Part shown: one piece after another, positions 24,661 to 36,830 of the stretch
Position numbering within the stretch: position 1 is the stretch's first letter
Layout: each line of letters begins with the position of its first letter
Source: Podarcis liolepis
Taxonomy: Eukaryota
DNA length: 64,000 nt
Assembly: GCA_965112155.1 (NCBI GenBank)
Contig: OZ218104.1
Reading direction: 5' to 3' (one strand)
The notes under the pieces: generated by a model
What the model was told of the DNA's origin: nothing
The model's database searches: none
The model's input: only the letters and a program-made list of their open reading frames with translations
Position numbers and translations under genes: made by a program

Positions 24661-27339
24661 GTGAGCTATGAATACCAATAAAGGTAGAAAAATGATTAAA
24701 AAACAAGGATACACACTGCAAATTTCTCTCCTCCGCTCTGCTGCCTTGTTTTATTGGCTAGCCCTGCAAAGGAGATACTGTCTCTCAAGAACCAACCTGC
24801 AAATGGGGGGCAGGGGGGGCGTAAGGAGGACAACACTGGTTATAACAGCAGAAGAAGCCCATTATTTGGGGTGGGAAGGGAAGGGTAGGGAAGCAGCTCA
24901 GCACTGACCTCAGGCACTCAAGAGCCCTTCTTTCTAGGATTCCCCAAAAACATTAAACAGTGGCAGCAGTGCCTTTCATGTGTAGCGGGAGAGAAGCCCC
25001 TCTGCCTCCTGCCAGCGCTCCACTGCAATTTCATTAGGGGAAATTCTTTTTTTAAAAGCAGCTACAAAGAGAGCATTAGGCATAGGCAACTACAGGGTGG
25101 TGGTGGATGACCACTGTGGCTGGGGACAGAGAATGGAAGGCAGAGTGTCACTAGTCTAGTCCCAACCTTTCCAACATAAAGTGAGCACACAAACACAGAC
25201 ACATAGCATTCTCCTAGAGCTGAGGTCCTTCCCCCAGCCCACACTGGGAACTCCCCCAACTAAAGAAAGAATAGCCCATGTGGTAAAGCTCCCGCCTTCA
25301 ATCCTTGGGCTCAGCTCATGCTTCAGCAGCAGCACCCAGAGTCTTTACCCCCTCCCCTTGTAGGCACCTCACCCAGGTGTCTTTTTCCAAATAAGCATTT
25401 CAAGGAGGCCACCAGCATTGAAAGGGAAGGGGGAGCATCACCTGGAGAGGGACTAATTCTGCTAGCTAGCAAGATGAGCCTAAGTCTCACAAGTTATGCT
25501 TAGGCCCTTACTGTAATGCCTTATCCCAGCCCCAAGTTACCGATGGAACACTTTTACTTTGGCCAGGAAGGACAAAAACCCCACAGACCTCTGAGGGGCA
25601 AGCAAAGGGTGAGCAAAGCTCTTGCAAGGTGTGCTGGGTCCCACATGGATGCCACAGGGCCTGTCTCTTCTGCTCCTACAAACTTGGCAGACAGGCCATG
25701 ACTTCCTGAGACAGGATATGTTCCTATGTCCCAAGCAAGGTCTGATCAGTGTGAACCAAAAAGAACAGATTGCAGGAGTTGTCTGGTAGAGACCAGCCAG
25801 GCGCCTCCCCAGACAACTGATGCACTTGCTGACCCCCCTGAATCATTCCTTAGCTGTGGGACTTGGAAATCCAAATAATTTCATGCTTGTCCTGCTCAAA
25901 GTTATCCACAAAGGAAGGCTCAAGTCAGAGGGGGTTTTTTGCCTCTGGTGAAACAAACGTTGTAGACAAACCCTATTTCTCAAGAGGAGGCATCTCCTCC
26001 CGGCCCTTGGTGAAGTGCACAGAATTTCCAATCTAAGCTTAGTCAAGAAAATAGGCCTCAGCCCCCACCTCCAATCAAAGGACAAAAGGCCCCACGACTC
26101 CTGCTCCTTCACACATCCTGACGGACAGCCTTAAAGCCCTGCATGGACAATCCACCCACTTCCATCTGGAAAATAGCCAGGCAAACAGAGCCTTTCCCCC
26201 CTCTCCATTCCCTTAACAAAATGACAGCCCCCTCGTCCAAACACTTCAAGGGCTTGCAGGGTCTGGGGTGGAAAAGGACAACAAGAAAGGAGGGAAGTAG
26301 AGCATGTTTGCCTCCCCACTCCCGCCCGTTCCAGTAGACTCAAGAGCCGAGAAACATTAGCTGTCACGAACCACAATCAAATCGGGTTTGAAATATTTAG
26401 CAGTGGCTTGGAAAATGCGATGGTGCAGCTCTGACAGGCGAGATGGGCACAGACACCCATTTTCCATTATAATGGAAATATCCAGCCTGTTCTGAATATG
26501 TATAACCCAGAAAAATGTATTGATTTTTCATTCAGCATAAAAAAAATTGAAATACCCTGCAGCTGTCAAAAGCCTTTTGTTAAAAGCTCATCTTCCTGGA
26601 ATGAGGTTTACCAGAAACAAGTTTTAATTGTACACAGGCTGCTTCTTTGAAACACAGAAGGATAACCCACCCACCCCCACCCACCCTGTTAGCAAGAAAA
26701 ATTCCTACTATGTCACCCCCCACTCCGCTGCCTCAACAAGAGACTGCTCCCATCATTGGACAGTAATAAGCAGGCTGCAGCCCTGGCATAAGGGTGTGTT
26801 GAATTTTTCAACTTTTAACTTCCAAAAATAAGGAGTGCTAAAAAGTTGTAACATGACTTGGGAATTCAAAATATATTTTGGTTAAACTAATATAATTAAA
26901 TTTTACTTGGTAAGTAAAATGTGTGTAAAATGGCACAGAAATCATTTTAAAAGAATGTCAAGTGCTTGCAGTTATATTACATATTAATATTCTTATTCTT
27001 ATTTATTGTTATTTCACAATACCTGACATATTCAGAAGATAAAATTAAAATCTTTTGGTTTTCCAAAAACAGTTTATGTGCTTCCTTATCAAATGTAGAC
27101 TTACCAAGCTAGGACTTACCACTGGACAATATTTTTGTCTAATCACAAAAATATTAGCAGATTTGAATTTCTTACCCCAAAACATATTTTCAAGACCCCT
27201 CACTGAAGAAATTTGCAAAAATTAGGTTTCACCCTCTAAAATGACACTGTCAGAAGCTGGAATGACACTGGGAACCTCCATGAGGAGAGCAGCAGTAGAG
27301 ACAAATAGCTTGAGACTGCCAGGTCATTGGCCCAGATAT

Positions 27340-27350
27340 GCACACACATA

Positions 27351-27395
<45 letters not shown>
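27340..27395. repeat. (CA)n microsatellite
   Basis: Directly visible. Confidence 0.95.
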
Positions 27396-27397
<2 letters not shown>

Positions 27398-28194
27398 ATC
27401 TTCAAAGAAACCCTAGCGCCAACTACTTCTGAGTGCACCTTGTCTGAAAAAGCCTGGATAGAAATGAAATGTCAGATATAAATACAGAAACTGGACAAGT
27501 CAACAAAGACAACTCTGAGCTGTGGTTTCATTTATTCCCGCAAAATAAATCAGCACTGAAGATGCTGTTTGCTCCAGGCTCTAACCTAGAGGACAGATGG
27601 AAGCCTTTCCTGTTAACAGTCAGGAAGGAGGGACAGTCCAAGAGTTATTCCAAGTTCTGAACAAATGGCCTATACTCCTTAAGCAGAGAAGATCAGCAGC
27701 TTCATTCAGACCAGGACTCCCTGAACATTGCTTCCAGCCAGACCCACTTCACACATGGCATTTCCTCAGCACGGAAGTCATCTCTGTCATGTTCAAAGTG
27801 GTGTACACTTTCTTTGTGAAAGTTGCTCAATCACATTTTCTGCATTATCAGTTTTATTGCCACCTAAATCGACAGTAGTGCACCTTGTGATCTACAAATG
27901 GGCCCCTGCTTCAAAGGGGGCATGGGCCAAACAAGAAAAAGAAACGCAGGGATAGTGGTGCGTATTTGCAGCAAAGTGCTGATTACCTCTGTCAAGAAAG
28001 CAGTGTCAGGTAGAAGGCAGGTAACACCAAGCCAGTCCTTACTTGCCAGATTGCCAGATTCACATACCAGGTGGTCAGACCTGTCTGGATCTTGCACAGG
28101 GCAGGAGACAAGAACTCTGCATCCATCTGGAGCAGCTGACACCACAGCACCCCTCCTCCTTACTCTGAACACCTAGGCTGGCCATCTAGAAGTC

Positions 28195-29565
28195 ATCTCA
28201 TCTCACAGACTGGCTACAATACCACCAATTGAACGCCATCTTCAAGGTAGATAAAAAAATTGGTTTTGCGATAGAAATATCGGAATAAGAGAAAGGTCTA
28301 TTAAAAAATAAAGACAAATTACTTTCCAAAATGTACAGACTACAGTGGTGCCCCGCAATACGAAAATCTCACTAGACGAAAGGGTTTTGCGGTTTTTGAG
28401 CTGCTTCACAAGACGAATTTCCCTATGGGCTTGCTTCGCAAGACAAAAACGTCTTGCAAGTTTGTTTCCTTTTTCTTAACACCGTTAATAAGTTGCGACT
28501 TGACTTCGAGGAGCAACTCATAGAACGCCGTGTGGTAGCCTTTTTTGAGGTTTTTGGTGATTTTTGAAGCTTTTCCAAAACTTTTCCGACACCATGCTTC
28601 GCAAGACGAAAAATTCGCTAGACGAAAAAACTCACGGAACGAATTAATTTCGTCTTGCGAGGCACCACTGTATTGCTAGACTGGGAAGTGAAAGAAGAAG
28701 TAAAATCAGTTATGGTGCGGTGGGTGAAGGACTTTGGATATAACATACAGGTGGTGGAATGGGAAAATTTATGGAGAAGGGAACTGAAATTTACAGCTTG
28801 TTTTACTATAAAAGAAAACTTTATGAAGATGCTATACAGATGGCACTTCACCCCCAGCAAATTGGCCAAAATGTACAAAATCAACTCAAATTTATGCTGG
28901 AGGTGTAGAGAGCTAGAGGGAACAATGTACCACATGTGGTGGGGTTGTAAAAAAATTAAGAGTTTTTGGGATTATTATTTTTTAACTGTTTAAAATAATG
29001 TTTATCAAAAAACCTGAAGCCTTCCTCTTAGGCATTATGGCATCAGACATCCCAAGAGAGAAAAGGAGGATTTTTTTGTTTGCAACAACGGCAGCGAGGA
29101 TGCTGATTGCCAAGGAGTGGAAAGGAGATAAAATTCCATCAAAAGAGGAGTGGCAAGTTAAACTGCTTGAATATATGGAACTAGCGATTATGACGGAAAA
29201 GATCAGGGATAGATCAACCCAAAAGTTTTAAAAGGAATGGGAGATTTTAGGCAATACCTAAAAAAAATTGTCCCCCACATTAAAACTTTAGAATGCTTTG
29301 AATAACTCTCGGAATTGCATAAGGTATAAATAAGATTTAATACAGGTTATGTTTATTGAAAAATAGGGGCAAGTAACAAGGAAACAAAGAACCCACCACA
29401 CCAAGGAGGTCGGAAGTCAATGGCTGAAATATTTTTGTTTTCGCGTTGTACTGTTTTCTTGTTTTTTCTTTTTTTGATTTGTAAGTTGTGTGCTGTGGGG
29501 TCCCCCTGCCCCCATGTGTATCTGTGTCATTTATAAACCAAATAAAGATGGAATTTTTTAAAAAA
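28195..29565 (+). mobile_element. 5'-truncated L1-clade LINE (ORF2 C-terminus plus 3' UTR)
   Basis: KENFMKMLYRWHFTP...CWRCRELEGTMYHMWWGC cysteine-rich CCHC motif, PEAFLLG, AARMLIAKEWK; AATAAA and A-rich tail; stops and frameshifts. Confidence 0.9.
28343..28670. mobile_element. Tc1/mariner (Tigger/pogo-like) MITE nested in the L1
   Basis: TIR CAGTGGTGCCCCGCAATACGAAA / TTTCGTCTTGCGAGGCACCACTG; TA TSD on both sides. Confidence 0.92.
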
Positions 29566-30029
29566 TAGAAATCAGAGCATCTATCCTTGGCTCACTATGC
29601 ATATGAGCGTAGGTGTGCAGAAGAGAGGCCTTATGTGAATTCTACAATAAACACAGTGTTTTGCTTCCCCTCCCCCCAATACAGGTCTCAGGCCAAGTAC
29701 AGATTGGCTACATGCCCAACACCAGTGAGCAACTCCTGAAGGAGAAGCCACCCAAAGGTTGGCTGGAATACCCAGAAGGTATTTATATCTTGATACTCTC
29801 AGGTAGTCCAAATGCAGCCACCAAAGACAACCTTCTAGAAGCCACAGGCTTATAAAGGGACAAGAACAGAAGAAAGGACATACAAAACCCCCATTCCACA
29901 AAGGCAGACTCAGTGCCACCCAAAAGTTTTGTTTAAGGGCAAGGTGCCAGCTGAATCCTTGCTAATGGGATTAAATCTGATAGTTTGTAGCCACATCCAG
30001 AGGAGTCCTAGTAACCCCAAGACATTCAT

Positions 30030-30195
30030 TGCTCGGGCGAGCGTGGGGCATTAAGCAGGAGAAGGAAAATTAAAATTAAAACTCGCCTGAAGGCCGCCTC
30101 TCCGGATATGAAGCTATCTTTCGAATTTTTTAATTTTTCCCGCGGCACACCAGGCAACATCTAGTGTGCCGCGGAACAGTGGTTGAAAAACACTG
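30030..30195. mobile_element. Right-end fragment of the same hAT family as 22995-23984
   Basis: Near-identical to 23808-23984 apart from an 11-bp deletion and a few substitutions; ends in GGTTGAAAAACACTG. Confidence 0.93.
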
Positions 30196-32809
30196 CCTTA
30201 GAGAACTAGAGGATGACATTCAACCTTGAACTGCTTCTAACGACCTCGTGCTGCTGGGTCTTTCTCTAAAGCAAATCCAGGTGGGGGGATGAGTTGCTCA
30301 GAGCATGGCCCAAGCACTTACTGTAATTTGGCAAAACAAGTAAAATTGCACTAACATGGGAGCCAGTAGCTATTGCTGCCAAATGGGTGGAGCAGTCATC
30401 TAGAAACCCTAGTGATAAACCCCAGCATCTGGTCTCTTTGGAGGGTGCCTGGAGATAGCAGAAGATTGAGCAACTTCATCACCAGCTTGGGCAGCAAAAC
30501 CAGCTAGATGCTTGTAATTGCTTTGGCAAAGGAGAATTCAGCTTCCTGAAGACCCTGTTGTTGGACTCTAAAGAAACGAGAGACAGAAAGTCCAAGCTCT
30601 ACTTTTCCACAGAGGGGGACCCTGCTGTGCCTTCCAAGAGATGTAGAACAGCATGTCAGGTGCCCTAGGACTAGCCACCCAAGCCCAACAGCTGACTCTA
30701 AAACACCTGCACTATGAATCTCATTCTCTCAATTATGTGCTCCTGCAGCCAGTGGCAGTTCATCAGCACAGCCAAGTTAATGAAAGGCTCTATAATGAAG
30801 CAATCAGATGCATGGGGCTTTCTTGAACCTACTGGCAACTCACATAGGGTGTGTGTGTCAAATGATGGTTATCCCTAGGCTGCCCATAGTGTGTGTTATT
30901 AAATTAAATTTCTATACAGCCCTTCATCAGAAAATCGCAGGGTAGTTTACAATATAAAATTACAAAAATATAAACAATAGTAACAAACAAAAACAATACC
31001 CCCTCATTTTAAAGACCATATATTGTTTAACTAGCCAAAGGCTAGGAAAAAAGAAGTGTTTCTGCCTGACACCTAAAGATATGTAATAAAGATATATAGT
31101 ACTGCATCCTACTGCAACTGACCCTCAAAGTCCTTCTTTAAAGAGTTTCACACCAGAAACTAGGATAACTGTTGCTTACCAACTTCCTCACTCAGGGAGC
31201 ATTGCTCAAAGGCTGCCAAGTCTTAAGCTGCTTCACATCTCATTGCCACCCTCCATCCACACCAAGCCCAACTGGTTCCCCTTTCTTCTTCTGCACTTAA
31301 AGACATCCCCAAATCATTAACTGCATGTGGAGTGCAGACTGAGGCGAAAGGAGGCACTTCCGCCGCAGCCTACAGAGAGTCCTATTGATCTGACACACAC
31401 TTGGTGCCTTCAAAGTTGTTTATGATCAATATGCAAATTGCTCATGGCATTGATCTAGTATTAATTTTCAATTAGGGAATCCACAAGGGGTCTCCTAGGG
31501 TCAATTCCTAACAATGCAAAGGAACTGCTGGCAACCAAGTATCGGGCTAGGCATTTGGAGGCACTGTTATTGCTTTATGTGCACCCTCCTCCATCTTCAT
31601 CATTCTGGGCCCTCTCAGGCCCTATACCCCTTCCAGACTAGCCATGTTATCGCATAAATGCTCTTTCTCTTTCTAACCCACAATATACTGTTTGGTTGCC
31701 CCTCCACATTTTACTGCCTTATTATGTGCTGGCTAAGGTTGGCAGAGAGCAGGTGGCCACCAGATTAACCCCATATTGTTATTATTTGTCCCCACCCATC
31801 TGACTGGGTTGCCCTAGCCCCAGCTATGCAATCTCTGGAAACTGTTGCTGTTTTTATGAGGGTTGGGGACTTAATGGTGGCACTGAGCAATCTCTCATAA
31901 AACTGATGTGGAGGGGCTGTGCTCATTTCTGGCAGGAAAAGCACAGTGGTTGTAACAGAAAACTGGCCCTTCCTGGCAGAGTCCTGCAGGTTTTCTTCAT
32001 GTCATCCCCTTCCTTGTGCATACAAGGCCACCAAATGAAATCATACAATGGTTTAGTGTTCAGCATTTTTTCTACTGATGATAAAACTTCAGTCCGCCTT
32101 TTTTCATCTGGCCCAAGTCTGCAGAGTCTGTGCTCACTCAGGGACTTGCCAAGACAAGGAAGTAGATGAGCCAAGTGAGGCTGAATCTAAATAAGACCAA
32201 AGTGGTAATGCCACACAGTCTTATGAACCGTGGCTAGGGAGGGAGGGGAGATGACAGGGACCCACAGAGGATGTGGTGTTTAGGCTTCACTGGTATCTCA
32301 GGTTCAGAATCTTAACAGGTTTGTAGGTTGACTGCTCTGCTTGAAACACCAGGAAGTAGCAATGACTATATATGCCTTTCATCAAGTCCCTCTAGCAAGG
32401 TGGCTGGAAGCATACTCCAAATCTGGTGACTGCAGCTACTTTGAAGCTAGATCTCTAAAATGTGCTTTCTGGAGGAGGAAGGGGGGCAACTGCCTGCAAA
32501 GACAGTCCTGGTAATAGGCCAGGGCTCAACTGAATTTTATAAATATGTTGATTTTTAAACAAAGTGTTAAGACAAGCATTAGACAGCCAGCTGGCACAGA
32601 AGATGATGGCCTACCTCCTGACAAGTGGGGTAGAGGTGCTGGAGAGTCAGCAATGTTCCCAAATCCTCTTAGCATAACCCCTCTCCCTAAACATAGCTTT
32701 ATGTTCCACCACATGGAGCACACAGGACAGGCATACAGAGGCACCACTGTAGCAACTAAACCACAATGAACTTCCTTCTACGAGCTGTGTTTCTAAGTTT
32801 AAGCCCTAA

Positions 32810-34030
32810 AGTGGTTCCATGAATACTCAAGACTTGTTTGTTCAGATCCATTCCAAAATGGGTTCAGGCCTAGCCACAGGACTGAGTTGGCCTTGGTCAC
32901 CCTGATGGCTGACCTTTGAGGAGAGCAAAACAGTGAGAGTATGACCTTATTCTTGCTTCTTGATTTCTTGTTGGCTTTTGATACCACTGGCCATGGCATC
33001 CTTCTAGACTGACTCCAGGGAATGGGGGCACTGTGTGATATCCTAACTTCAGGACTGAACCCAGACAGCAGCATTAAGAGAGTGCTTTGTGGCCCCTGGA
33101 GGCTTTGTTATGAGATGCCGAGGAAACTATCCTATCTCAAATGCTTTTCAATATTTCTATGAAGCCGCTGGGAATGGTCCTTAGGAGTTTTGGGGCAAAG
33201 TGTCAGCAGTGTGCTGATGTTACTCAGCTCTGTGTCTCCATATCAGAATCGGGAGAGGCTGTGCAGTCCCTGGACCAGTGCTTGGATGCAATGGTGAGAT
33301 GGATGAGAAGAAAAAGCTGAGCTTGAATCCTGGTGAGACAGAGGCACTGTGGACGAACAGTTCCTGTGTCTGAGAAATTGGTCAATTGCCTACCCTGGAT
33401 GGGGTTGTACTTGCTCTGAATAAGCAGGTTCACAGTCTGGGAAGTGCTTCTGAGTCCAGCTTTGTCACTGGAGGCCCAGGTCAGTCTCAGTGGTTAGAAA
33501 CACCTTTTCCCAGCTCTGACTGAACCACAGCTATGGTGTCAGGAACTGGCTGGCTGAAGATGAGTCATGGGAGGCACCAGACAAGGAACCCCCAAAGGAG
33601 GACAGCTCAGAGCCAGGGGATTGGTGGTGGGACACTGAGGAGAGATCAGAGGGAGAAGATTGGGAAGAGGGGCTGGATGTTGAAGAGGCAACAGGGTTTG
33701 GTGAGCAGGGAGAGCCAGTGACAGGGAGCAGTTCAGAGTCCAAGGCTGAAGCAGAGGAGGAGGGGCAAAAGACATTTACGACTTGGAATTCCCTGCCTGT
33801 TGACATTAGACAGGCACCTTTCCTGTATTCCTTTTGGTGGCTGTTAAACTTTTTTTGCTTAGACAAGCCTACCCAGATTTGTAGAAAGTTTATATGTGCT
33901 TTAATATATTTTTAACTTACTGTAGATTTTAATTATTGTTGGAATATTTTAAATTATTGTTTTTCACTATTTTTACTGATAATGTTATTGTTTTAGTCTT
34001 TTTGCAAACAACTTTGAAGTGTTTTACAAT
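32810..34030 (+). mobile_element. Degenerate L2 LINE, interrupted at 33537-33770
   Basis: gatccattccaaaatgggttcaggcc, ttcttgcttcttgatttcttgttggcttttgatacc and tgctgatgttactcagctct parallel the RT at 15270-15690; 3' part resumes at ~33775. Confidence 0.8.
33537..33770 (+). mobile_element. Truncated LTR-like insert
   Basis: Starts TGTCAGG; purine-rich and unrelated to the flanking L2; resembles a common lacertid LTR (recall, not verified). Confidence 0.5.
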
Positions 34031-36028
34031 CTATACATATTCAAGCACAGTACACCAAAATGCTGTCTGGTGTCGGAGGCAGTATGTCTCATATGTCAGC
34101 TGCTGGGAATCCCAAGTGGGAGAGAGTCCTGTTTGCAGGCTTCACTGAGGCATCTGCTTGGCCACTGTGAGAACAGCATGCTGAACTAGATGGTCCCCTT
34201 TGGCCTGTCGTAGCAGAAGGGCCGTTATTATCTTGTTATAATGGTGGCCTCCAGTGACTAGTAAAAAACTGACAGTTCTAAAATTAAACCAAAACCTGAG
34301 AACAGGACTTTCTGGGGAACAAAAAATGCTGGCTACTCCAATTTTCTTCCCCTCCAAAAGAATTTTGCAGCATCCCTGAAATACAACCAGCTGATTCTGA
34401 GATGGTCTTCATCAACTGGGTGCTGCTTAACAGGAAAGGGCCTTGAGGAGAGCCTCACAGTGGATTTTTCTGTACTTTGTCTTTCCCAAGTAATGTCCAC
34501 TGTTATTCCCGTTTCCTTCAAACCTGAACAGGTCTACTGTTCTCATGACTGCAGCTGATGCCCTCCTCCCCCAAATGTACCACAATCTGCCATTCACTGC
34601 ACTAACAAGCACATTAGCTACCCAGGCTAATTGGTTTATGGATAACATTAATTACCATGTTGCTCATTAATGGATGAAATCTTTATTGGTTTCATTGATC
34701 AGCAGGACTTGTTAGTTGGCCTAACCAATGGCAGATGTAACAAGCTCACTTATTGGCATATCAATTAATGTAATCAATTTCTGGCCAGCGGCTGCCATTC
34801 GCTTCCCTGTTTGTTAGAAGGTGGGAGTTCAAGGCAGAGCAAAGAAGCTTTCATTGCAAGGGTTTCTCATTCTTCTTAAGCCAGCTTCCCCACAGGCCCT
34901 CATTGGCCATGTGTGGGTCTGTAGGGCAAAACACCTCTTCTCCTGCACAATACACAACCTTTTCGTCGCACTCTTTCTCTATACACATGTGCATGAGAAA
35001 TCCATCAGTACAGGCATCCATAATCATGCAAGGCCTGTACTCTCAGAAAATATATTACCCCTCCTCTTACAGATGCATACTCAAGACTGCAACATCTTGT
35101 GGGTCTTTCTGAGTGCTGTATATGCAAGCCACTGTATATGCAGACATGAGAGCAACCTGCTGATAAATATGGGGAAATCCAGAAGCTCTACTTGTTTCAT
35201 TTACAATTCTAATGGGAAAAGGGGAGTTAGACCATGGGCAGTCAATGGGTACAAGGTATTCAATGACTTCAGCTGGGGATGGGGTAGAGATGGTGCTGTG
35301 ATGAGGCCACAAAACAAGATACACCAGAGGGTGGTGAGGAAAGGGAGAGAAATATGGTGGTGCTGATCTTTTTGAGGGAAGAAGTTCATATTTAAGGATG
35401 CAAATGTCACTTTTCATAGGCTAGAAGCAGCTCGAAAAGAAACTAGCAAATTATTTAATGAGGAAGTGAGGATTTATTCTAACAGGCTTTTGGGAACTGA
35501 ATGCTTTTAATGAAAGGGCTGGTGTTGTGCTGTTTTTGTTGTGTATGTTTTAATAGATCTTCTAGCTTTTAATTGTATTAATGTTTAATTGTTTTTAATG
35601 ATTTTTTAAAAAAATGTTTTTAGCTGTTCTTATTTTTTCCTGTAAGTCACCTTGAGTCCCTGTTGGGGGAAAAGGTGGGATATAAATAAATATATGATGA
35701 TGTGCTCAAAGTCCACATGCTACTCAAACCAGCCAATTGTGAGCAGCAGCAAAACTTTTGAGAAGCCCAGGACTGTCAGTATTCTAGTTGTGGTTTTACT
35801 CTTCCATAAGTGAATTACACACACTAGCTGCTGCAGCACACTGCTGGACTCAGAAAAGCGGGGGCAAAGAGAAAGGGAACCAGTTACCTTACAAACCCTA
35901 GGGCAGAAAACTTACAAACTTTATTGTGGGGGAACTCAGAGATATTGCTGAACTAGAACTCCCACCATGCCTGACCATTGGCCATTCTTGCTGAAGGGGA
36001 TGATGGATCAAAGGTTCCCCTCTGCTGG

Positions 36029-36830
36029 CTAGAATTTCCACCTCCTTTTCTTTGCATTATGGGAGACTTGGGGTATTTCCCCCATAGTATGTTGCCCTTT
36101 CCAGTTGGAGGGAGCAGCACAGTGTATGTCAAAGAGGCAGTTAAAGGAGCCCTTCCAAAAGGAAGAGTAATGGTTCTTTTGGCCCTTCCTCTTCACCTGC
36201 TTATTGGGGAGTGCCCTATTTCTGTCCCTAGTCTCTACCAGGGCATCCTCCAGCCCTTTCCTGAAGAGCTTGCTCCCTTTAAAGGGGTCATTGGCCAGGA
36301 TGGCCGTTGACTTAGCATCTGTATGCCATTGCTTAAGCCAGAGCTGCCTGTGCACTGCCAAGTCTGTTGTCGTGGCTTTCACAGAGAACTGTAAGGTATC
36401 TGCTGAGGCATCGACCATGTAGGACTATGGCTTGGAAAGTTTTGTTATTCCTTTATGTAGGTAGATGGCCTAGAGTGGGGCTCGTTTCAGCATGGCCTGA
36501 ACCCCAATGTAGGCAAGCTTTGGCCATGAATGAGGCTGCTTCTGAGACCCTAATGGCAAAGGCTGAGGCTTCATGCAAGCAAGACTTCTGCCCTCTTGTT
36601 CTTGGGGAAGTCATCCCCATCGCAGGACACCATAAACCCATGTGAAATTAAAAAGGGGGGCATGTACAAGTGGGACCTTGAACAACTCCAGGGCACACTT
36701 ATCAAAGGGATAGACAATTCATGACAGAGTGTGCTGCCTTGGAGACTCCAGGAATCTGCCATTCATTCAAAATGTTCTCTTCAAATTCTTCCGGGAAGGG
36801 TAAAACCCTCTTGATGGCCTTGTGCTTTGG
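36029..36830 (-). mobile_element. Decayed DIRS1-type retrotransposon gag (LAP2alpha-like domain)
   Basis: Across frameshifts: VLPFPEEFEENILNEWQIP, YPFDKCALELFKVPLVHAP, HEASAFAIRVSEAASFMAKACLHW, DASADTLQFSVKATTTDLAVHRQLWLKQWHTDAKSTAILANDPFKGSKLFRKGLEDALVETRD; the RRxLWL..W..D...PFxGxxLFG pattern is typical of DIRS gag. Confidence 0.78.

Noticed and set aside
24299-24721. ORFs containing X runs (also 62299-62947)
   Set aside because: Artefacts of N gaps.
34821-35417. 181-aa and overlapping ORFs
   Set aside because: No domain similarity, non-ATG start, no splice-compatible structure; chance ORFs.
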